In this document: positions 58,210 through 64,000 of the stretch, piece after piece
Layout: each line of letters starts with the position of its first letter
Position numbering within the stretch: position 1 is the first letter of the stretch
Assembly: GCA_964195565.1 (NCBI GenBank)
Contig: CAXMRN010000063.1
Span: forward strand, 47,701 to 111,700
DNA from: an uncultured Polyangiaceae bacterium
Lineage (GTDB): Bacteria; Myxococcota_A; Polyangia; Polyangiales; Houyiibacteriaceae
Length of the DNA stretch: 64,000 bases
Reading direction: 5' to 3'
The notes under the pieces: model-generated
Seen by the model: only the letters and a program-made list of their open reading frames with translations
Told to the model about the DNA's origin: nothing
Database searches by the model: none
Position numbers and translations under genes: made by a program

Positions 58210-59427
58210 ATGGCTATCTCGATCGAGTTCGCAGACGACGCAGAACTTCATGCACGTATCAAAGTTGTTGGCGTCGGTGGCAGCGGCGGCAATGCGCTCA
58301 ACACGATGATTCAGGGCGGGCTCGACGGCGTCGAGTTCATCGCGGCCAACACCGACGCGCAAGCGTTGGATCGCAGCCTGGCTCCCGTGAAGATTCAGCT
58401 CGGCCCGCAGCTTACGCGTGGGCTTGGGGCAGGGGGCAATCCGGACGTCGGTCGCAAGGCCGCACTCGAGGATGTGCAGCGCTTGTCCGAAGCGCTCGAG
58501 GGCGCCGACATGGTGTTCGTCACCGCCGGAATGGGCGGCGGCACCGGCACCGGCGCGGCCCCGATCATTTCGCAGGTCGCGCAGGATCAAGGCGCGCTGA
58601 CCGTCGGCGTCGTCACGAAGCCCTTCCTCTTCGAGGGGCGCAAGCGCTCCAAGAACGCCGAGCGCGGCGTTCAAGAGCTGATCGACACCATCGACAGCAT
58701 CATCACCATTCCGAACCAGCGGCTGATGTCGCTCGGCGACGACGACATCACCATGCTCGATGCGTTTGCTCGGGCCGACGACGTGCTTCTTCAGGCAGTG
58801 CAGGGCATCAGCGACCTCATCATCAATGCTGGCATGATCAACGTCGACTTCGCGGACGTGAAGACCATCATGGCAAGCAACGGCCGCGCACTGATGGGCA
58901 CCGGCATCGCGAAGGGCGACCGACGCGCGCTCGAGGCCGCCGAGATGGCCATCAACTCACCCCTGCTCGACGAGGTGTCGGTACAGGGTGCGACCGGGAT
59001 CCTCATCAACTTCACCGCCGGTCCCGATATCAAGCTTCGCGAAATCAATGAAGCCGCCGGACTGGTTCAACAAGCTGCGCACGAGGAAGCAGAGATCATC
59101 TTCGGCGTGGTCACCGATCCGGAGTTGGCGGACACGGTCAAAGTCACCGTCATCGCCACCGGCTTTGAGAAGATGGCGCACGCACCGATTCCGCTGGGTC
59201 TCCACCATGCGGTGTCGAGCAATCAGAGCTCCAACGCTGCTACAGCCAATAGGGCTATGCGAGGCGCACCGCCGCGAGCCGAGGATTTCTCGTCAACGCT
59301 CGAAGGGGTACCCGCGGCGGTTCCGCAGCAGGCGGGGACAAGGGCATTCGGCGCGAGCGCGCTGCACGATGAGGCGGTCCTCGACATCCCGGCCTACCTA
59401 CGCCGCGGCACGCCTGGGGCCGAGTAA
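58210..59427 (+). CDS. ftsZ: Cell division GTPase FtsZ
   Basis: An AGGAGG RBS is present. Supporting motifs are GVGGSGGNA and the tubulin signature GGGTGTGAAP. Confidence 0.95.
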   Translation: MAISIEFADDAELHARIKVVGVGGSGGNALNTMIQGGLDGVEFIAANTDAQALDRSLAPVKIQLGPQLTRGLGAGGNPDVGRKAALEDVQRLSEALEGADMVFVTAGMGGGTGTGAAPIISQVAQDQGALTVGVVTKPFLFEGRKRSKNAERGVQELIDTIDSIITIPNQRLMSLGDDDITMLDAFARADDVLLQAVQGISDLIINAGMINVDFADVKTIMASNGRALMGTGIAKGDRRALEAAEMAINSPLLDEVSVQGATGILINFTAGPDIKLREINEAAGLVQQAAHEEAEIIFGVVTDPELADTVKVTVIATGFEKMAHAPIPLGLHHAVSSNQSSNAATANRAMRGAPPRAEDFSSTLEGVPAAVPQQAGTRAFGASALHDEAVLDIPAYLRRGTPGAE

Positions 59428-59456
59428 GCTAAGAGTTATTTCATACACTTAGCTTG

Positions 59457-59486
59457 AAGCCCGGCATCGTCCGGGCTTTTCACTTT
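59457..59486 (+). terminator. Rho-independent terminator after ftsZ
   Basis: The 8-bp stem AAGCCCGG / CCGGGCTT has a 6-nt loop and is followed by TTCACTTT. Confidence 0.6.
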
Positions 59487-59662
59487 GGGGATCACGGGGC
59501 GCGTCGGCGCGGCTGTATGCTGCCCCCAGGTAAACGTTACGTAAAATTAGCAGGAATCACTTTGCAACCTGGGGCAAACCCGATAGTTTCCTTCAGAGGG
59601 CTGGTTTGAGTTCCGTTCCAATTTCACCCCTCTAGCTTAAAGATTTTCGTTCGGGTATACTT

Positions 59663-60073
59663 TTGGATGGGTTGATGAAGCAGGGTGTTCAGCTGAGTGT
59701 GAGTGCGCAACGTAGGTGCCCCTGCTTCGGGGTCTTATGCTTTCTGTGTGCCCTGATTAGCAGCATGTTCGGAGCCACAGACGCGTCGGCTGACGCGCCG
59801 CCTCTTCCCGCAATCAAGACGACTCCTCTTGCCGCGCCGTCCGCTGTACTCGGGATGACGAACCCGTACCTCGTTGCGGCCGCCATGAAGAAGCCCACGA
59901 TCCGAGGCTTCACCTTCTCGAAGGACATCAGGGAGTTTTACCAGCGCGTCGAGACCCTCGCGATTCACGGTGTCGATCTAAACCAGCGCAAGCCCCAGCA
60001 AACGGAGAAGCTGAACCTTCGCGTGCAGGGCAACCTGGGCGGCGGCGTGCTCCAGCTTCGCTACCGACGCTGA
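59663..60073 (+). CDS. Small hypothetical secreted protein
   Basis: The start is TTG (an ATG lies at 59675). The sequence CFGVLCFLCALISSMFGATDASA looks like a signal peptide. I recognised no family, and the region has lower GC. Confidence 0.45.
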   Translation: MDGLMKQGVQLSVSAQRRCPCFGVLCFLCALISSMFGATDASADAPPLPAIKTTPLAAPSAVLGMTNPYLVAAAMKKPTIRGFTFSKDIREFYQRVETLAIHGVDLNQRKPQQTEKLNLRVQGNLGGGVLQLRYRR

Positions 60074-60151
60074 CCCCGTAGAATCGACGCTGCGCACCGA
60101 TCGCGGCGCGCCGAGTGTCCGCGCATGGCGCCGTGGTAGGGTGCGTTCGTC

Positions 60152-61270
60152 ATGAGCCGTCCTCGGCATCACATTGTACTCGTGCCTGGATTGTTTGGCT
60201 TCGCCAAGCTCGGAGGGTTCGACTACTTCATACACGTCGAGGAGGCGCTCGCGAGCCGGTTCTTGGAGCGCGGCGCGGACTGCGAGTTCGTGTTGGTGTC
60301 GTCACCCCCGACGGGGTCTATCGTCCATCGCACACAGGTGCTGATGGACGCGATTCAGCAAGCGTGCTCGGACGATGCCGGCGCGATTCATCTCGTGGGC
60401 CATTCGACCGGCGGACTGGACATCCGCCTCCTTGCATCGCCGACGACGTGGCCCGACCTGCCGGATTGGTTTGACCGCGTCCGCACCGTGACGAGCATCT
60501 CGACCCCGCACTACGGCACGCCGCTCGCCTACTTCTTCACGACGATGGCGGGGACCCGGCTCCTCGAGGCGCTCTCGCTGCTGACGTACATGACGCTTCA
60601 GGCCGGGGGCCCGCCGCTCACCATTCTGACGCCCGTGCTTGCTTCGCTGAGCCGTGTCGATGAAGCCCTTGGGATCGAGAGCAAGGTTCTCGAGACGACG
60701 ACGGGGGTGCTCCTCAGCTTCCTCGGGGAAGAGGGGCAGAGCGAGGTTCGAGAATGGTTCGACGGGATTCGGAGCGATCAGGGTGCGATCATCCAGCTGA
60801 CACCCGAGTCGATGGACATCTTCAACGCAGGCGTCGAGAACAACCCAAGTGTTCGATACGGGTCGGTCGTCACCCGGATGCCGCCACCCGGTCCGGTACG
60901 TCTGTTCAAGAGCGTTCGCTCTCCCATCGACGCGCTCTCGGCTGCTGTCTTCTCGACGCTGTACGTGGGCGCGGGGCGCACATCGAAAGTCTATCCGCCT
61001 CCAGGCCCCGTCCCAGAGGTTCGCGACTACCTCGAGAAGAAGCTATCCCTCGAGCTCGACAACACCCTCAACGACGGTCTCGTCCCAACCACGAGTATGA
61101 TCTGGGGCGATGTCTTGTGGGCGGGCACCGCCGATCACTTGGACGTCCTCGGCCACTTCCAAGGCGACCGCGACTCCTCCCACACCGACTGGATGGTCAG
61201 CGGCGCCGGCTTCCGCGAAGATGACTTCGACGAAGTCATGGACGCCATCGCTGAATTCCAGCTCCAATAG
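60152..61270 (+). CDS. Alpha/beta-hydrolase, lipase/esterase-like
   Basis: The nucleophile elbow HLVGHSTGG is present. The N-terminus reads IVLVPGLFGF. Confidence 0.75.
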   Translation: MSRPRHHIVLVPGLFGFAKLGGFDYFIHVEEALASRFLERGADCEFVLVSSPPTGSIVHRTQVLMDAIQQACSDDAGAIHLVGHSTGGLDIRLLASPTTWPDLPDWFDRVRTVTSISTPHYGTPLAYFFTTMAGTRLLEALSLLTYMTLQAGGPPLTILTPVLASLSRVDEALGIESKVLETTTGVLLSFLGEEGQSEVREWFDGIRSDQGAIIQLTPESMDIFNAGVENNPSVRYGSVVTRMPPPGPVRLFKSVRSPIDALSAAVFSTLYVGAGRTSKVYPPPGPVPEVRDYLEKKLSLELDNTLNDGLVPTTSMIWGDVLWAGTADHLDVLGHFQGDRDSSHTDWMVSGAGFREDDFDEVMDAIAEFQLQ

Positions 61271-61284
61271 CGACGCTGCCAGCG

Positions 61285-62208
61285 TCAGTCGAGCCCGTAC
61301 TTGTCTCGGTGCCCCGCCAAGTACTCGATGTAGTACTCCGTCGGCTTCTCGGCTTCGACTTCGCCTGCCTCTACAGCCGCGGTCAGCTGCTTGATCAACT
61401 TGCCGAGGCGCTTTGAGGGCGGGACGCCAAACTCTCGCATGATGACGGTGCCGAGGCCCTTCGGGAGCGGAGCGACTTTGTTGTCCTCGTCTTGAAGATC
61501 CCGGATCCGTTTCGCGAGCAGACTGATCTGGCGTACGCCTCTCTGTCGCTTCTCCGGGCGCTTGGTCGTGATGTCTGCGCGGCTCAAGTCCAACAGATCC
61601 CGGAGGCCGTCGGACATCTGGTTGTAGAAGCGGCGGACGGCGGCGTCGGTCCAGTCGTCTTCATACTGCGCGGCGCGGAGGTGGTGCAGAATCAGGAAGT
61701 GGACGCGCTCACGCTCGGCGCCTTCGAAGCCGATGCGGTCCGCGACGCGTTTTCGAAACATGGCGGCGCCGACTTCCGCGTGGCCGTGGAAGCTGACGGT
61801 GCCCCGGTCGTCGATGCGCCGCGTCTTGGGTTTGCCGATGTCGTGGAGTAGGGCGCCCCAGCGAACCTCGACGCGTGGCACCGATTGCTTCACCACCTGC
61901 TTGGTGTGTTTCCAGACGTCTTTGTGGCGCCACTCGTTGTCACCGAAGCCCACCATCGCCGCGACCTCAGGTAGCCATACGTCGAGGCAGCCGACCGATT
62001 CGACGGCATCGAGCCCAGGCTCGGGGTGCTTTGAAGTGAGCAGACGGTCCACGTGCTCGCGGAACACCAGCTGCGGCACTGCGCGCCACTCGGCCGGCGT
62101 CGGTCGCTCGGGCTTGTGCTCGAGCAGGGCGGGGTCAGCGGCCACATTGGCCGCCCAGGTCAACGCCTCAATCGCCCGATCGGGCGTCGTCTCTCGTGCT
62201 ACGGACAT
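61285..62208 (-). CDS. HD-domain protein resembling the body/tail plus HD part of CCA-adding/poly(A) polymerase enzymes, without the nucleotidyltransferase head
   Basis: Supporting blocks are WRHKDVWKHT and ALLHDIGKP. I found no GG.VRD/DxD head motif. Confidence 0.7.
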   Translation of the reverse strand: MSVARETTPDRAIEALTWAANVAADPALLEHKPERPTPAEWRAVPQLVFREHVDRLLTSKHPEPGLDAVESVGCLDVWLPEVAAMVGFGDNEWRHKDVWKHTKQVVKQSVPRVEVRWGALLHDIGKPKTRRIDDRGTVSFHGHAEVGAAMFRKRVADRIGFEGAERERVHFLILHHLRAAQYEDDWTDAAVRRFYNQMSDGLRDLLDLSRADITTKRPEKRQRGVRQISLLAKRIRDLQDEDNKVAPLPKGLGTVIMREFGVPPSKRLGKLIKQLTAAVEAGEVEAEKPTEYYIEYLAGHRDKYGLD

Positions 62209-62211
62209 CGG

Positions 62212-63306
62212 CTAGCCTAGTATATCGCGGAGCGCCTCGATGAGACGCTGATTCTCTTCAGGGGTTCCAACAGTGATCCGGATGCAGCTGCGGACTCGCA
62301 AATCCCCGGACGAAAACCGCCGAACGGCGATGCTGCGGTCGAGTAACGCGGTGCACAGCTCCCCCACATCGACGGCGCACTCTACCAACAAGAAATTCGC
62401 GTCACTTGGGAAGCACTGCAGCGATTCGTGCGAGTCGAGTTCGGCTTCGAGCCGTTCGCGCTCGGCGACGATGCTAATGATGTGCTCCTCGAGCAGCGGG
62501 GCAAGGTCGGTCAAGGCGAGTGTAGCGATCTCCTGCGACGCGGTGTTGAGGTTGAACGGTTGCCGCACCTTCTCGAGCTCGGCCGAGAGAGCTTCATGGA
62601 TACGTACCCACCCGACCCGAATGCCGGCGAAGCCCACCTTGGATAGCGTTCCCATCAATGCGCAGTGGGCTCGCTCCTCGGCGAAGGTGGCAAACGATTG
62701 CCCGGAGTAGGGACCGTACGCTTCGTCGATGACGTGTAACGAGTCGGGGAATGCGTCGACGAGCCGTTCGATCCTGTCCCGCGAAAAACAATTGCCGGTC
62801 GGATTGTTGGGGCTCGCGTAGTAGACGACGTTCGGCCTGGTGCGTTCGAGCGCGTCGGCCATGGCGTCTGCGTCGAGATCCCACGCACCATCGAGCGGTA
62901 CTCCGACCGGTCGCCAGCCATGTGCGCGACTCGTCATGCCGTACATCACGAACGTCGGCTCGGGGAACACGACCACGGGGCGCTCGGCATCCGTTCGCGG
63001 ACGGCACATCGCGGTCGCCATCAGCGAGATGAGCTCGTCCGACCCAGCCCCAAGCACATACTCGTCCGGGCTTCCGCCGAGCCCACGGGCCAGCGCGGCA
63101 CGTAGCTTTGTGGCTCGCCCATCGGGATAGCGACGCAGCTCGGTCGCGTGCAACGCGGTCGCGATCCGAGCCCTGGCCTCGGGCGGCAACGGCCACGGGC
63201 TCTCGTTGGCATCCAGCTTCACGGCCGGCGGTGCAGGGGGCACCCGGTACGCGGCTAGCTCATCGAGCTCAGGCCGAAACAGTGCTTTGAGGGATTCGAT
63301 CGACAT
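62212..63306 (-). CDS. hisC: Histidinol-phosphate aminotransferase
   Basis: The 364-aa product has HisC-like blocks (LDANESP, NPNNPTG, TLSK.FG.AG.R.G). Confidence 0.85.
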   Translation of the reverse strand: MSIESLKALFRPELDELAAYRVPPAPPAVKLDANESPWPLPPEARARIATALHATELRRYPDGRATKLRAALARGLGGSPDEYVLGAGSDELISLMATAMCRPRTDAERPVVVFPEPTFVMYGMTSRAHGWRPVGVPLDGAWDLDADAMADALERTRPNVVYYASPNNPTGNCFSRDRIERLVDAFPDSLHVIDEAYGPYSGQSFATFAEERAHCALMGTLSKVGFAGIRVGWVRIHEALSAELEKVRQPFNLNTASQEIATLALTDLAPLLEEHIISIVAERERLEAELDSHESLQCFPSDANFLLVECAVDVGELCTALLDRSIAVRRFSSGDLRVRSCIRITVGTPEENQRLIEALRDILG

Positions 63307-63371
63307 GCGGGACTCACCGGTCGGGCCGAGTCATTGCACGCCATGGGCTGGTGTAAAGTGGCCGCCCGAAA

Positions 63372-64000
63372 TCAGTGCAAGACCTGGTCGGCTTGCGCCC
63401 GCGCCTCTTCGAGAGCGCGGCTGATGACGTGTGCGTCCTTGGCGTCCGGTCGCGCCTCGAGGTAGGCGGCCAAGTCCTCGGAGGCGGCTCCGTACGTGCG
63501 TAGGGCGTGGGCGAGCAAGCCGCGGTCGCGTTGGTGCTCCGGCGCCTGCGTGAGCTCGACCAAGTGGTCACACGCGAGCATGGCTCGGGCGTAGTCGCCT
63601 TGGCGGCGATGCGCGGCCTTGAGGTTCGCCAGCATGCGAATCGCGATGGTGTGGCAATCGACCGGCTCGAGATAACTCGGGTGGAGTGCCATTTCGGCGC
63701 CGAGGAACTCCGCCGCGAGCTTTCGCAAGCCGTGACCGTCGAGAAGCTCGCCACCATGGAATGGGTCTTGGTACACACCTTCGGGCCCGCCAACGCGAAC
63801 CAAGAAGTGGCCGGGGAACCCGACGCCTTCGACGTCCATCCCGGCTCGCTCACCAACCGCCATGGTCAGAACCGACAGGGAAATCGGAATCCCCTTGCGG
63901 CGAATCATCACTTTGTCGAGATAGCTGTTGTACGGGTTGTAGTAGTCGTCGTGCTCGCCTTCGAAACCGAGCTCTTCGAAAAGCAGCTCCGCGAGGATTC
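63372..64000 (-). CDS. SirB1/UPF0162-like protein (transglutaminase-like plus TPR). The N-terminus lies beyond the window end.
   Basis: The track ORF 63372..63911 continues upstream in frame to the window edge (...LFEELGFEGEHDDYYNPYNSYLDKVMIRRKGIPISLS...). Confidence 0.75.
   Translation of the reverse strand, partial: ILAELLFEELGFEGEHDDYYNPYNSYLDKVMIRRKGIPISLSVLTMAVGERAGMDVEGVGFPGHFLVRVGGPEGVYQDPFHGGELLDGHGLRKLAAEFLGAEMALHPSYLEPVDCHTIAIRMLANLKAAHRRQGDYARAMLACDHLVELTQAPEHQRDRGLLAHALRTYGAASEDLAAYLEARPDAKDAHVISRALEEARAQADQVLH

Noticed and set aside
59552-59566. Sigma-54-like element aGGaatcactTTGCa upstream of the small secreted ORF
   Set aside because: The spacing between the GG and GC dinucleotides is one nucleotide shorter than the TGGCAC-N5-TTGC consensus, and the -24 box is poor.
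61272-61286. GACGCTG-c-CAGCGTC palindrome between the convergent lipase and HD genes
   Set aside because: The stem is 7 bp with a 1-nt loop, and it overlaps the HD-gene stop codon. It is too small to distinguish from chance, though it could act as a weak bidirectional terminator.

Overview
The window is a GC-rich bacterial chromosome segment. Gene content suggests a Myxococcota-like deltaproteobacterium: an MglA-type GTPase, a 14-gene dcw cluster, ethylmalonyl-CoA genes and pervasive stop-free antisense frames. That taxonomic call is inference only. I support about 55 protein genes and recognised no rRNA, tRNA, CRISPR array or IS element. Main blocks, left to right: (1) a membrane glycosyltransferase-like gene running off the left edge; (2) an ethylmalonyl-CoA core operon ecm-meaB-ccr-mcd (minus strand) facing an XRE/ScfR-type regulator; (3) yajQ, pheA, a large protein with decayed cyclase and P-loop domains, an epimerase, glpK and smc; (4) purL-purQ, a signal-peptidase-I homologue lacking both catalytic residues, and thiE-thiG-thiS; (5) an orphan beta-class DNA methyltransferase, glutaminyl cyclase, alr, mlaEF, an MFS transporter and an orphan Dam-like methyltransferase; (6) an aminotransferase, a FolB-cupin fusion plus SDR, and pyrR-pyrB-DUF1343; (7) a minus-strand operon of small tail-anchored protein, MglA-like GTPase, PocR histidine kinase and thiL; (8) the dcw cluster mraZ-rsmH-ftsL-ftsI-murE-murF-mraY-murD-ftsW-murG-murC-ftsQ-ftsA-ftsZ; (9) a small secreted protein, a lipase-like hydrolase, an HD protein, hisC and a SirB1-like gene at the right edge. 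The items most worth a second look are these: the MglB-less MglA-like GTPase translationally coupled to a soluble PocR histidine kinase, divergent from mraZ; a triple GTGGG MraZ-type operator; a 63-nt repeat unit anchored at stop codons, found three times at two convergent gene junctions; the catalytically dead S26 peptidase; the doubly degenerate cyclase/P-loop protein; and a FolB::cupin-SDR module. Most long extra ORFs in the track are antisense or out-of-frame artefacts of GC richness.
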